Below are positions 34,297-45,225 of a DNA stretch of 64,000 bases, in pieces. The notes under the pieces were generated by a model. The model saw only the letters and a program-made list of their open reading frames with translations, searched no databases and was not told the DNA's origin. Source of the stretch: Patescibacteria group bacterium (GTDB lineage Bacteria; Patescibacteriota; Patescibacteriia; UBA2591; UBA4787). The position numbers were made by a program, and so were the translations under genes. Numbering within the stretch: position 1 is the stretch's first letter; each line of letters opens with the position of its first letter. The stretch is taken from the NCBI GenBank assembly GCA_028715115.1, contig JAQUSN010000002.1, forward strand, positions 68,944-132,943, given 5' to 3'.

Positions 34297-37155
34297 ATGA
34301 AGTTTAACTGGATAAAAAAAATCAACTTCCGCAAAGGGCTGATAATTTTATTAGTTGCCGTTTTTGTTTTGTCCATTTTACCTCGCGTCATTAATGCAGC
34401 CGACTCCGCCGAGCCAGCCGATCAATCTTCAGTTAATAGTATAGAACATCTTTCTCTAACCGTTAGCGGATTGATAACTAGCGCAGTGGTAGCGGCAATT
34501 GGTAAATTAATGGTCGTGGTTATTCGAGTTTTGGTCAGCTTGGCTCAGTATAATGATTTTCTGAAGTCGCCAGTAGTTGATATAGGCTGGAGACTGATTC
34601 GTGATCTTTGCAACATGCTATTTATAGTAATTCTTTTGGTAATTGCTTTTGCGACAGTATTACAGAGAGAACAATATTCTTATAAAAGAATGTTGGGCGC
34701 GCTGGTTCTGGCGGCGGTGTTGGTTAATTTTTCGAAATTAATCTGCGGAGTTATTATTGATTTTTCGCAAGTAGTCATGTTGACCTTTGTCAACGCGATA
34801 AAAGACGCGGCCGAAGGCAACTTTGCCGAATTGATTGGTATTAAGCAGCTTCTTTCCATGACGGCAGATCCTAGTAAACCTTTGACTATAAATTCTTTTG
34901 AATTATCAGTTACTTATTTATTGGCTTTAATTTTTTCTATTGTCGGTTTAGTTATCTTTATTGTTGTTACGGTAATAGTTCTTTTAAGAATAATTATACT
35001 TTGGTTTTTGGTCATGCTTTCACCGGTTGCTTTTATCGCCACAATTTTGCCGCGAACTAATGCTTATGCAAGTCGATGGTGGGATAAGTTTACCAATCAA
35101 GTAATCGTGGGCCCGGTTTTAATGATTTTTATTTGGTTATCGCTATCTATTGTTCAACAAAGTATGAATGACGGAGGTATGTTAAACCATTTAAAGATGG
35201 GAAGTTCTTTACAAAAAACTACTGATTTATTAGGAAATGCCGTGGGCGTGAATAATAATGCAATAGCAGCGGGCGTGGCCGATATTGGTCAGGCGCCTAA
35301 TGTTTTAGGATTTATGGTCGGTATTGCTTTGTTGGTTGGATCGGTGGCTATGGCTCAAGAATTGTCTGCCGCTGGATCTGGTATGGCCATGAACGCGGTT
35401 AATAAAATGAAACAAATCGGCGCCGGCGCTGCGGCTATGCCAGGTAGGTTGGGCGGCAAGGCCTTAAAAGCCGTAGGTCAAAGCGCCGTGGAACGATTTG
35501 AGGCAAAAACGGGTATACCTATTCAACCTAAACACTACAGAGCTGCTTGGGAGAATCGTAAAAGAATAGTACGCGGTCAAAGAGCCGCTCAAATGATGGA
35601 GAAAATGGAGGGGCATCGATTCCTTCGTCCGCCAACGGAATTCGTTAATAATATGTTTTCTACAAAAGGATGGAAAGCTGGCGTTCAGAGAATGTTTGGA
35701 GTTGATGTAGTTAAAAGAAATCAAGCTGCTGAGCTTAATAGACAGCTTGAAGAGCAAAGAGCTAAAATAAACGGAAGATTTACCAGCGATGAAATCGCTA
35801 AGAGCATTACTCAATTAGGAGGCGAGACAGGAGAAGAAGGAGAAATAGGCATGTTAGCAAGAGAACTAGAAGTCTATAAGAGTAAGTTAACCGAAGAAGA
35901 CCGAACTAAATTAGCAAAGGGAGAAAAAATAGAGGAGAAAAAACAGGCTAAAATTGATCAATTGACAGATTTAATTGATTTAAAACGAGCCCGACTGGAG
36001 GAGTTTGAAAACTATAATAGCCAAGCATGGAGAGAACAAAAAGCAAAAGAAGCTGGGGAAGCCGGGGCACAACTTGAGGGAAAAAGAGCAGAACTAAAAG
36101 CCGCAGAAGCCGAGGAAAACCCAGATCAAGCAGATCAAGAAAAAATTAAACAATTAAGAAGAGAAATCGATACATTAGAAGCCCATAAACAGCAGCTTGA
36201 CTTAGAGGCAAATATTATTATAACTCCGGAGCAAAAAGAGCAGGTTTCGGCCGAATTAGCGAAAATAGGTAAGAAATTTGGCGTTAAGATTGACGAGGCA
36301 GACGAAAAGAATCTCCAAAAACAATTAAGAGATTTATCAACGAAAAGAGATAAATTGCGCGTTGAAGGAGAGGTTATTATGCCTACCAGCATGCCATATG
36401 AAGATCAGGCCACGATAAACGCCGCTATATCTCAAGAATCGAAAAATTTACAAGGCATAGAGGATGCTGATGAGTTAGTTACTTTATATCAGGTAGCCAA
36501 AGATAAAAAAGATTTAATTAAAATGAGAGCTATTATTTTGAAATTGACCGAAAATAGAGACTTAAATGAATTACTGGATAAATTGGGGCATGAACAAAAT
36601 TATAAGGGACTTCAAGAATTAATCGAAGAAGATTTTGTTAAGCATATTGGCGGTTCGGCACAAGCGCATTATTCTTTTGGAAACGACGTTACGATGTTGA
36701 ATAAACATGAGGCGGCCTTTGAATTTAGTGGCGCCTATATAAGGGGTACTAATGGAAAATTAAGGACTACTACCGACAAGGAACACAGAAACTTTGTTTT
36801 AATAGAATCAGGTAAGCGAGACAGAGAAACCTTGTTTCGTAAAGATTGGTGGGGGTGGTTAATAGGCAAGCGAGTTGATCCGAATACTGGCAAACGAGTC
36901 CCGATTTGGACTCAAACGATTGAGCAGATCGTTAGAAGGGATTTAGGTATGTTAAAAACAGAGATAGATAAGTCTAGGCTTAATTCCGAGTTAGAATCAT
37001 GTTTCTCCCATCCAGAATTTATAGCTCATTTTCAGGATTTGCAGCAACGGTTTGTTGAAGAGGGCAGAAAGGGCGCAGTTGAACAGATAAAGGGAGTTAT
37101 TAAACACTTGCAGATGAAACAAGGCCAATATTGGCCGACTATAGAAGAAAAATAA
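34297..37155 (+). CDS. VirB6/TrbL-like polytopic membrane protein with long coiled-coil C-terminus
   Basis: GW..IRDLCNM.FI..LL.IAF, LVNFS..I.G.IIDFSQ, RIIILW.L..LSP.AF..LP....WW. Confidence 0.7.
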   Translation: MKFNWIKKINFRKGLIILLVAVFVLSILPRVINAADSAEPADQSSVNSIEHLSLTVSGLITSAVVAAIGKLMVVVIRVLVSLAQYNDFLKSPVVDIGWRLIRDLCNMLFIVILLVIAFATVLQREQYSYKRMLGALVLAAVLVNFSKLICGVIIDFSQVVMLTFVNAIKDAAEGNFAELIGIKQLLSMTADPSKPLTINSFELSVTYLLALIFSIVGLVIFIVVTVIVLLRIIILWFLVMLSPVAFIATILPRTNAYASRWWDKFTNQVIVGPVLMIFIWLSLSIVQQSMNDGGMLNHLKMGSSLQKTTDLLGNAVGVNNNAIAAGVADIGQAPNVLGFMVGIALLVGSVAMAQELSAAGSGMAMNAVNKMKQIGAGAAAMPGRLGGKALKAVGQSAVERFEAKTGIPIQPKHYRAAWENRKRIVRGQRAAQMMEKMEGHRFLRPPTEFVNNMFSTKGWKAGVQRMFGVDVVKRNQAAELNRQLEEQRAKINGRFTSDEIAKSITQLGGETGEEGEIGMLARELEVYKSKLTEEDRTKLAKGEKIEEKKQAKIDQLTDLIDLKRARLEEFENYNSQAWREQKAKEAGEAGAQLEGKRAELKAAEAEENPDQADQEKIKQLRREIDTLEAHKQQLDLEANIIITPEQKEQVSAELAKIGKKFGVKIDEADEKNLQKQLRDLSTKRDKLRVEGEVIMPTSMPYEDQATINAAISQESKNLQGIEDADELVTLYQVAKDKKDLIKMRAIILKLTENRDLNELLDKLGHEQNYKGLQELIEEDFVKHIGGSAQAHYSFGNDVTMLNKHEAAFEFSGAYIRGTNGKLRTTTDKEHRNFVLIESGKRDRETLFRKDWWGWLIGKRVDPNTGKRVPIWTQTIEQIVRRDLGMLKTEIDKSRLNSELESCFSHPEFIAHFQDLQQRFVEEGRKGAVEQIKGVIKHLQMKQGQYWPTIEEK

Positions 37156-37175
37156 TTTCGTATTTTATATAAATC

Positions 37176-39293
37176 ATGGCCTCCGAATTAATTAATTCTG
37201 AAAAATTAAATCAGCTGAAAAGGGAACTTTTTTTAGATGAAGGTTTTTATAATGGTTTAATTAAAAAATACCGTCAGAATCAAAAATTATTAGAAGATTT
37301 TTTGAAACAAAATCCTAGTTTAAGCAATATTGATCCCAGATTTTTTCAGGAAGTTCAGGATATGCTATTAATGTTAAAATGGTATTCATTTAATTATTTA
37401 ACCGACCAAGAAATCATAGAGATGTTTAGGAATCATGTTAGTGTCGTTCTAAATGATGATACTTTCCCGATTGAAGAAGCGCTGAAAATAGCTTTCTTGG
37501 GTATGTCGATATTAAACGATCGCGACGTTCTAAAGAAGCAAATTAAGGAAGCTTTATTGCAGAATAAGGAAAAAATAACCAGTCAATTAATTAAATTAAA
37601 AGATTCCAGCGTTGAGGGAACGATTGGCAATTGGTTACAGTTATATAATTCGGTTGTTGGGGTTGAGCTGGTTGATAGTTTAAAATTAGCAGAATTTTTT
37701 GTTAAAAATAAAAATTTTACGGCCCTAATGGATTTAGAGGCCGGAAAAATTAAAAAACTATTAGCTCTTTATGAAAAACTAAAATTATCATCCTTAACCC
37801 CTGAGGGCCTAGAAGAGGAAGAATTAGAAGAGGCCGGAGAAGGTCGTGTAATTTTAATGACCGGAACCGGCGCTAAAGAAGTTTATGATATCGAGGGAGA
37901 CAAAAAAGAAGGACTCGTAAAAGAAGAGCTATTAACGCCAGAAACAAAAGCAGCTATAGCCGTTGCCTCGCCGTCAACAATAAAGGAAAATTTAGTGGTT
38001 ACACCTATAGTTAATCAAGCTAAAGAGTTCGTTAAAGATTTGGAAAATATGAATTTGCCAAATTCATCCGAATTTACAAATAATGTTATCTCGACAAAAA
38101 CAGAACCTGATTTTGAAAAAATAATTCAAAATATCGTTGGACAGGCCGGCCTGTCTTTTACCGACGAGAATCTAAAGACCAGGTTTATTGGTCTCATTAC
38201 TTCTTATTTAAAAGGCGTACGAAAAGAATTAGACTTACGCGACGCTTTAATGCGCGGTGAAAAAGTGGGCGGTATGGGTTATGATCAACAAAAAATTACG
38301 GCAATTATGAATATTTTAGCCGGTAGCCGGATCGAAGAAAAAGAAAGCATGCAAAAAGAAACTACCAAACCAGCCCTAGCCGAAGGATTAACTTCGCCGA
38401 TAGAAATTATTAATCCAGTAACGCCTGATTTATCTAGAGAGCCAGGCAAATTATTAGAAGAAGGAGAAGACGCTTTATTAACTGGATCGACGCAAAAGAC
38501 ATCAGACAATATAGAAGTGCAACAAGAAAAATTTTCTTCAGGTTCGCTTGCGCCCGTTGTTGATGATAGTAAAATACCGGAAAACGTTTCTTCGTCTTTT
38601 GAAAATATAGTAACATCCGAAGAAGAGCCGATTAAACAGCCTCCGGCAGAAGATTTTTTGGCAAAATTTGACTTGTCGTCGGCATTTGGTTCTGATAAAA
38701 CCGAAGAAGCCGATCAGGGAATAAAATCACAAGAAGCAAGCGATATGAACATTGATGCTTCGATTGAAGATTTGAATTCCCAACTAGCTGCTAATAATGT
38801 TTTACCGACAGAAGAGGCTAAGCCAACAGAACTTGTCGAGCCCGCGTCTATTTCGGAACCAGAGCAGAAAATTGTCGAGCCCTCAGATGGTGCTATTAAA
38901 AATATCTATCGTGCTCCGGAGCCGGAAGAAGCGCCTCAGCCGCCCATAGAAGAGGTCAGGGTAACCCCAAGAGCCTATGGCCCGGTTGACGAGCTTAGAA
39001 GTCTAACCTTAGAAGATTGGCGACGTTGGGGAGGTGTGGGTGAAGCAGTAAAACTTATTTTAGATAAAATTAATTTATTAGCAGAAGAATCTTTGACTAA
39101 AAAATCTGAAGGCATCGCCGCCTGGAAAGGCTCAGAAATAAACAAAATGTATTTGGATATAGGTACCGAGGCAATTAATAATGGATTGTCGGTTGAGCAA
39201 GCTATTGAAAAAAGGAAAAGTGCTAATTTACCGACTTTAACCATTGACGAATTTAATGCTATTTCGGAAATAAATCAAAAACTACGTTTTTAA
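37176..39293 (+). CDS. hypothetical protein of the T4SS-like locus
   Basis: 705-aa ORF with an acidic Pro-rich linker and a compact C-terminal domain (GPVDELR..DWRR..GIAAWK.S). Confidence 0.75.
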   Translation: MASELINSEKLNQLKRELFLDEGFYNGLIKKYRQNQKLLEDFLKQNPSLSNIDPRFFQEVQDMLLMLKWYSFNYLTDQEIIEMFRNHVSVVLNDDTFPIEEALKIAFLGMSILNDRDVLKKQIKEALLQNKEKITSQLIKLKDSSVEGTIGNWLQLYNSVVGVELVDSLKLAEFFVKNKNFTALMDLEAGKIKKLLALYEKLKLSSLTPEGLEEEELEEAGEGRVILMTGTGAKEVYDIEGDKKEGLVKEELLTPETKAAIAVASPSTIKENLVVTPIVNQAKEFVKDLENMNLPNSSEFTNNVISTKTEPDFEKIIQNIVGQAGLSFTDENLKTRFIGLITSYLKGVRKELDLRDALMRGEKVGGMGYDQQKITAIMNILAGSRIEEKESMQKETTKPALAEGLTSPIEIINPVTPDLSREPGKLLEEGEDALLTGSTQKTSDNIEVQQEKFSSGSLAPVVDDSKIPENVSSSFENIVTSEEEPIKQPPAEDFLAKFDLSSAFGSDKTEEADQGIKSQEASDMNIDASIEDLNSQLAANNVLPTEEAKPTELVEPASISEPEQKIVEPSDGAIKNIYRAPEPEEAPQPPIEEVRVTPRAYGPVDELRSLTLEDWRRWGGVGEAVKLILDKINLLAEESLTKKSEGIAAWKGSEINKMYLDIGTEAINNGLSVEQAIEKRKSANLPTLTIDEFNAISEINQKLRF

Positions 39294-39368
39294 CCCTACC
39301 ACTAAACTACTAAAACTGGCGTAAAATTCAGGAGAATAGGGTATTTTAATTCGTAATTTGTAGTAGTA

Positions 39369-39788
39369 ATGCAGTTTATTGTTCCTCAATTTATCGACAT
39401 TGAACCTAAAATTATCGGGCCGGTTACGCCACGGCAGTTTATTATTTTAATTATTACCGGTGCGTTTATTTTTGTCGCTTATAAATTATCTGATTTTTCT
39501 TTATTTATTATCGAAGCGGTAGCTTTATTAGGCCTAGGAGGGACTCTAGCTTTTTTGAAAATAAACGGCCAACCGGTTCACTATTTTTTATTAAACTTAA
39601 CCCAGACTTTTAAACGACCAATGTTAAGAATTTGGAGAAAAGATTTTATTATGGCAAAAGAATTAGCGGTTAAAGAAAAAGTAAAGATAGCGCCGGTAGC
39701 TATTCCGCGTAAAACGCTTTCTAATGCCCGGCTTTCAAATTTATCAATTTTAGTTGATACGGGCGGAATGTATCATGAGGAGGTTTGA
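39369..39788 (+). CDS. PrgI family (VirB3-like) protein
   Basis: MQF.VPQFID.E.KI.GP.T.RQF, two TM segments, KINGQP. Confidence 0.85.
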   Translation: MQFIVPQFIDIEPKIIGPVTPRQFIILIITGAFIFVAYKLSDFSLFIIEAVALLGLGGTLAFLKINGQPVHYFLLNLTQTFKRPMLRIWRKDFIMAKELAVKEKVKIAPVAIPRKTLSNARLSNLSILVDTGGMYHEEV

Positions 39789-39799
39789 TTTAAATTTTT

Positions 39800-40468
39800 A
39801 TGAGTAAAACTGCAGCCATTTCATCAACACAAAAATATTTAGACATCTCCGAGGTGCGAAGTGATTGTATTATTTTAAAAGACGGAACCATGCGAGCCGT
39901 GCTTTTGGTTTCTTCAATCAACTTTTCCTTAAAGTCAGAGGACGAGCAAAAGGCGACCGTTTCGGCTTATGTTCAATTTTTAAATACCTTGGAGCACCCC
40001 TTACAAATAATAATCCAGTCTCGTCGCCTGAATATCGAGAATTATTTAGTTGACCTAAATACCCGCCAAAAAGAGCAAACCAACAATTTATTAAAAGCTC
40101 AAATGGCCGAATATATTGATTTTATAAAAGAATTAGTCGATTTGGGAGAAATAATGACCAAGAAATTTTATGTTGTCGTGCCCTACAGTCCTATGGGTGA
40201 TAAAAAATTAAAATTTTTCTCCCGCCTATCGAGCGCTTTTACGGCCGGATCAGCTATTAGACTGAAGCGCGAGCGATTTGAGGCCTATCGAGAGCAATTA
40301 TTTAGAAGAGTTGATAATGTTAGTTCGGCGTTGTCGAGCATGGGGTTAAGAGTCGTGCCACTTGATACTCAAAGTTTAATTGAATTATTATATAATAGTT
40401 ACAATCCGGTCGAATCGGCAGTTCAAAAATTAGCCGAAATAAATAAGCTTAACATCGAAACGATTTAA
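39800..40468 (+). CDS. TraC/VirB4 N-terminal-like accessory protein
   Basis: STQ..L.ISE, VSSINF.LKS.DEQ, FLN.L..P.QI..QSR, FYVVVPY. Confidence 0.7.
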   Translation: MSKTAAISSTQKYLDISEVRSDCIILKDGTMRAVLLVSSINFSLKSEDEQKATVSAYVQFLNTLEHPLQIIIQSRRLNIENYLVDLNTRQKEQTNNLLKAQMAEYIDFIKELVDLGEIMTKKFYVVVPYSPMGDKKLKFFSRLSSAFTAGSAIRLKRERFEAYREQLFRRVDNVSSALSSMGLRVVPLDTQSLIELLYNSYNPVESAVQKLAEINKLNIETI

Positions 40469-40471
40469 TTT

Positions 40472-42442
40472 ATGGCTATTCGTCCATCAGCTATTAATCG
40501 CGCCACTGCAATGCCAGAGAAGAAACCGACTCCTCAACAAAAGGAGCAGGTTAAAATTGTTCAAGAAAAGCAAATAAAAAATCTTTTAGATTCGGAAGAG
40601 GCATATTTAAAGGGACTAATGTCGGTTCGCGACTTGATTGCGCCGGCCGCGCTTAAGGTTAATCCTTCCTTTTTGCAATTAGGAGATAAATATATTAGAA
40701 CGCTTTTCGTGACCGCTTATCCTCGTTATATTTCTGTAGGTTGGTTTGCGCCAGTAATAAATTTTAATGCTTCTCTTGATGTGGCCATGTTTTTCTATCC
40801 GGTTAATTCGGGTGTGGTTTTGAAACAACTGCAAAAGAGAGTGGGCAATATTGAAGCGGAATTATCAGCTGAGCGTGATAAAGGGATGCCTCGAGATCCG
40901 ATTAAAGAGACCGCTTTACAAGATATTGAGAAGCTTCGCGACGACCTAACGACGGGAGTAGAACATTATTTTCAATTTGCTCTTTATGTAACCATGTATG
41001 CGAATTCATTGAAAGACCTTGATTCAATGACGGAAAAAATAGAAGCGCTATTCGGTTCAAAATTGATTTACACCAGACAAGTATTTTACCAAGCCGAACA
41101 AGGATTTAATTCGACCTTGCCTTTAGCTAGCGACGAGCTGATGGTGACCTTTAACATGAGTTCTTCTCCCTGTGCCTCATCTTTTCCTTTTATCTCCGCT
41201 GACGTTACTTCAGATACCGGGATTTTATATGGTATTAACAGGCACAACAATGGCCTGATTATCTTTGATAGATTTAGTATGCAGAATGCTAATATGAATG
41301 TTTTTGCTACTAGTGGCGCTGGCAAAAGCTACGCTATTAAGCTCGAGGTTTTGCGCTCAATGATGTTTGGCACCGATGTAATTATTATTGACCCAGAAAG
41401 AGAATATAAATATTTATCAGATGCCGTAGGAGGAACATATGTGAATATTTCTTTATCTTCGGATAGCAAAATTAATCCTTTTGATTTGCCCAGGGCTACT
41501 TCGGCCGATATGACTGCAGCTGACATAATTCGTTCGGCAGTTATTACTATTAAAGGATTGTTAAGAATTATGATTGGCAAGACCGACGAAAGAGGAACAA
41601 AGCAGTTTTCGCCGGAAGAGGATTCAATTATTGATCGCGCTCTACTTGAGACTTATGCTAAAAGAGATATTACGCCATCTGCTGACTTAAGCCAAATTAC
41701 TGAAATGCCGACCATGTCTGATTTGCAAAATATTTTAGAGGGCATGGAGGGCGGGGCCCAGTTGTCAGAAAGGCTGAAAAAGTATACCGAAGGCACCTTT
41801 GCCGGACTATTAAATAATCCGACCAACGTTAAAGTTAATAATCAATTAATAGTTTTTTCGGTTCGCGACTTAGAAGATGAGCTTCGGCCGATAGCTATTT
41901 ATACTATTGTCAATTATATTTGGAACATCGTCCGTTCTGAACTTAAAAAAAGAATTCTCGTCATTGATGAGGCTTGGTGGTTAATGCAGCAAGAGGATTC
42001 GGCAAAATTTATTTATGCTTTAGTCAAACGTTGCCGAAAATATTATCTAGGTGTGACTACGATCACTCAAGACGTTAACGATTTTTTGGTTTCTCCTTAT
42101 GGCAAAGCTATTGTAAATAACTCGGCGCTGCAACTTTTATTAAAACAAGCTCCGGCGGCGATTGATTTAGTGGCGCAAACATTCATGTTAACCGAAGGAG
42201 AAAAATATTTACTATTAGAGTGCGGGGTAGGTGAAGGGATTTTTTTCGCTGGCGCCAAACACGCAGCCATTAAGATTATTGCTTCGTACTCCGAAGATCA
42301 ATTAATTACTTCTGATCCGCGGCAAATCTTAGAAATCGAACAGGCCAAAAGGGAGTTTTCTCAAAAAGAGGCTGGCGATGCCGTGGTTGATCAGGGCGGG
42401 CAAAAAGAATTTGTTAAGGGTGTTGGTGATTTAGAAATTTAA
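40472..42442 (+). CDS. VirB4-like ATPase
   Basis: ATSGAGKS, IIDPERE, INPFD, IDEAW, KR.RKY, TITQ. Confidence 0.9.
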   Translation: MAIRPSAINRATAMPEKKPTPQQKEQVKIVQEKQIKNLLDSEEAYLKGLMSVRDLIAPAALKVNPSFLQLGDKYIRTLFVTAYPRYISVGWFAPVINFNASLDVAMFFYPVNSGVVLKQLQKRVGNIEAELSAERDKGMPRDPIKETALQDIEKLRDDLTTGVEHYFQFALYVTMYANSLKDLDSMTEKIEALFGSKLIYTRQVFYQAEQGFNSTLPLASDELMVTFNMSSSPCASSFPFISADVTSDTGILYGINRHNNGLIIFDRFSMQNANMNVFATSGAGKSYAIKLEVLRSMMFGTDVIIIDPEREYKYLSDAVGGTYVNISLSSDSKINPFDLPRATSADMTAADIIRSAVITIKGLLRIMIGKTDERGTKQFSPEEDSIIDRALLETYAKRDITPSADLSQITEMPTMSDLQNILEGMEGGAQLSERLKKYTEGTFAGLLNNPTNVKVNNQLIVFSVRDLEDELRPIAIYTIVNYIWNIVRSELKKRILVIDEAWWLMQQEDSAKFIYALVKRCRKYYLGVTTITQDVNDFLVSPYGKAIVNNSALQLLLKQAPAAIDLVAQTFMLTEGEKYLLLECGVGEGIFFAGAKHAAIKIIASYSEDQLITSDPRQILEIEQAKREFSQKEAGDAVVDQGGQKEFVKGVGDLEI

Positions 42443-42456
42443 TATAAAATTATTTT

Positions 42457-43020
42457 ATGAAAAAAGTAATCATCATTATTATCATTATACTTATAATCGG
42501 CGTTATTTTTTATTATTTAAATTGGCGCGGCAAAAACACCGCAAATCCTTTAATCCCAAGTAACAACCAGACCCAAATTAATGAACAGAACAATGATTTT
42601 ACGAATGAGGGCCAAACTGACAATACGCCCGTAGACCCAACTGCTAAATTAGAAAACGATTTAACCGTGATGGCTCGCGCTTTTATTGAACAATACGGCT
42701 CATGGTCAAACCAATCTACCTTTTCCAATTTTACAGACCTTTATCCTTATATGACTAGCTCATTAATGGCGCAAACTCAAAACCTAGTTAACCAGAAAAT
42801 AGCCGAAAAAAAATTATCCTTGAGTTATTATGGCATTACTACCAAAATATTATCTTTAGAATTGAAAAATTTGGCCGAGCCGACTGGCGAATTTTTTGCC
42901 AATATCCAACAACAAGAAACAAAAGGCGACACTACTACGGTTTTATACAAAACAGTAAAATTGGTTTTATTAAAAGAAGGGTCTCAATGGAAGGTCAATG
43001 ACATCATTTTTAATCCATAA
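42457..43020 (+). CDS. bitopic membrane protein, possibly VirB8/TcpC (NTF2-like)
   Basis: N-terminal TM; A..F.E.YGS.S..S; C-terminal L.KEG.QWKV; position after virB4. Confidence 0.55.
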   Translation: MKKVIIIIIIILIIGVIFYYLNWRGKNTANPLIPSNNQTQINEQNNDFTNEGQTDNTPVDPTAKLENDLTVMARAFIEQYGSWSNQSTFSNFTDLYPYMTSSLMAQTQNLVNQKIAEKKLSLSYYGITTKILSLELKNLAEPTGEFFANIQQQETKGDTTTVLYKTVKLVLLKEGSQWKVNDIIFNP

Positions 43021-43031
43021 TTTTATTAATT

Positions 43032-43985
43032 ATGGGTGACTTTGTTGATCCAAAAATAAGAGAGGAAATAGAACGAAAGGATGCTTCGGATGCTGAAAAA
43101 TATAATCTTGACACTTCTGATCCTGACTATCTAGCTGCTCAAAAGCGCGGCAGAGGAGAAGATGAAGAATTTGAAGAATCAATTAGGCAAATAAAAGAGC
43201 AACGCCAAGCCAGGGAATTAAAACAACAAAGACTTAAAGAAGCTTCTAGTCGAAAAGCAGCAATAAATCGACAAGTGCAAACTCCCGAAATGCAACAGAC
43301 ATATCGGGACTTCAAAGATCATAAAGGTTACTCTGATTTTAGTGAAGAAAGAGCCAGGGCCAGAGACAATAAAGAATATATGAATAAGGCCCGTGCATTA
43401 TCTAACGTTGCCGTTGACGCAGCGGCAACAAGCATAAAGCGAGGCGATATTAAAGGAGCCATCACTGCTGGCCTAAAGGCTGCCGGAGAGATGGGAGGTC
43501 AAATAGCAACTGCCAAAATTTTGCAGTTCATGTGGGAAAATTTTTATTATGTGTTGCCAATATTTTATATAGATTTTCATTTTATAATGCGGTATATTGC
43601 TGGCTCTAAGTTGTTTTGTCGCCTAGGACAGGAATGGCTTATGAAAGGCAGTGGTAAGGCTGCTTCTGGAGCGCAAAAAGCATCAACAGCCGAACAAGGG
43701 TTAGAGGCGGCAAAATCTTCTACAACGGGAGCACAAGCGACTGCAGGACAAACAAGCGGAGATTTAAACAAGCTAGCTGATCAAATCGCCGAAGCCCCTA
43801 ATAAATTTTTGGAAATTATCGAAATCGCTGCTTTAATGGTTTGTAATTTGATAATTGGCGCTGCAATTTATTTAATCCTGATATATATTTTTATCATGAC
43901 TCATCCTTGCCAGTCAGCGGCTATTGTTACTCATTCCGAGGGCATTTTGAAGGCCTTTAAAAGTATTGGTATTAATTGTAAATAA
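43032..43985 (+). CDS. hypothetical membrane protein
   Basis: Charged N-terminus, hydrophobic C-terminal segments. Confidence 0.7.
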   Translation: MGDFVDPKIREEIERKDASDAEKYNLDTSDPDYLAAQKRGRGEDEEFEESIRQIKEQRQARELKQQRLKEASSRKAAINRQVQTPEMQQTYRDFKDHKGYSDFSEERARARDNKEYMNKARALSNVAVDAAATSIKRGDIKGAITAGLKAAGEMGGQIATAKILQFMWENFYYVLPIFYIDFHFIMRYIAGSKLFCRLGQEWLMKGSGKAASGAQKASTAEQGLEAAKSSTTGAQATAGQTSGDLNKLADQIAEAPNKFLEIIEIAALMVCNLIIGAAIYLILIYIFIMTHPCQSAAIVTHSEGILKAFKSIGINCK

Positions 43986-43989
43986 TTGT

Positions 43990-45207
43990 ATGTTAATTAA
44001 TAAAAACATTCTCGGCATATTTATCTTTATTCTTTTATTGTTTGTTTTTTTAATTGGCGGCGCTCATATTATTAAGGCGCAAACTACTTTCACCCCCTCG
44101 GTCGGGATAGGAGATAGTAATTTTCAAGCTGGTTCGGGCGTAGAAATTACAGGACTATCAATAGCTGATTATATTATTGCCGTTTATAAATGGTCAATTA
44201 GGGTTATCGCGATTTTAGCCGTTATTGTTATCATGGTGGCTGGCTTTCGTTGGGTTAGCGCTGCCGGAAATGCATCAGTAATCGGCCAAGCGAAGAATCA
44301 GATGATCGATGCATTTATCGGATTAATTTTAGTGATTGGCGCTAATTTATTGTTATATTTTATTAATCCGGCCTTGGTGAGGTTTAACGATCTTTCAATA
44401 ACGCACATAAAGAAGGTTAGTTTGGATAATTATGATTTTCCGATAGAGCAAGCCATTATGCCTAATATCTGGGACGAAAGCGAAAAACAGCCAAATATTA
44501 AGGCTAGCGCCTGTGGAATACAGGCCGTGGATCAGGAAGATGGGAGAACTTATCTTGGGGTCAAATGTTCGTCGGCCGGAGTGCCGGGTGCTTCCATTAG
44601 GAAGCCTTGTGTTTTACAATTTAGTTTAACATCACAGGACTATCAAGATGATATTAATAAAAAAGCAGATATAGCCGAATATTTGGCAGATATTTATTAT
44701 CTTGGCAAAGATTCTGGTTATAACGTAGAGTCTGGTTGTATTAGTAGGGGGTCGGTATTTAAATACATGATCCCGATTTACGGATTAATTGAGGCAGCGA
44801 CTACGACGTATGGGAAGGTAAGTTTGCCCTTCAGAGATGATCCAACCGTAATGTACGATTTTGCTCTTGATCCATCAACTAATTGCGGCGTTAAAAAAGG
44901 AGAAGGAGATATTATAAAAAATAAGATTGGGATGAAAGTTGGGATAAAATGTCCTAATTCGAATTCAACGTGTGTCTTTGCTCTGGTTAATGTTACTGAT
45001 GATAAAATAAATAAGACTGCCGTTAAATTTTATAGTTTTTGTAAACCAGATAGCGGAATGCCTATGTGTGAACCAAGTGAGAGAAGAGTAAATTGTGAAA
45101 GATATACTAATTGTAAAGTATCAGGATGCACAAATGAGATAGACGCATCCGGAAAATCAATTTGTTGCCAGCAGGCAGTTGATAGGGCGGTTTTGAGGAA
45201 TTTTTAG
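43990..45207 (+). CDS. T4SS-pilin (VirB2-like) domain fused to a Cys-rich C-terminal domain
   Basis: YI.AVYKW....AILAV..IM..G..W..A.GN......AK..M..A.IGL....INP.L. Confidence 0.7.
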   Translation: MLINKNILGIFIFILLLFVFLIGGAHIIKAQTTFTPSVGIGDSNFQAGSGVEITGLSIADYIIAVYKWSIRVIAILAVIVIMVAGFRWVSAAGNASVIGQAKNQMIDAFIGLILVIGANLLLYFINPALVRFNDLSITHIKKVSLDNYDFPIEQAIMPNIWDESEKQPNIKASACGIQAVDQEDGRTYLGVKCSSAGVPGASIRKPCVLQFSLTSQDYQDDINKKADIAEYLADIYYLGKDSGYNVESGCISRGSVFKYMIPIYGLIEAATTTYGKVSLPFRDDPTVMYDFALDPSTNCGVKKGEGDIIKNKIGMKVGIKCPNSNSTCVFALVNVTDDKINKTAVKFYSFCKPDSGMPMCEPSERRVNCERYTNCKVSGCTNEIDASGKSICCQQAVDRAVLRNF

Positions 45208-45225
45208 TCGTCAAATTTTTATATC

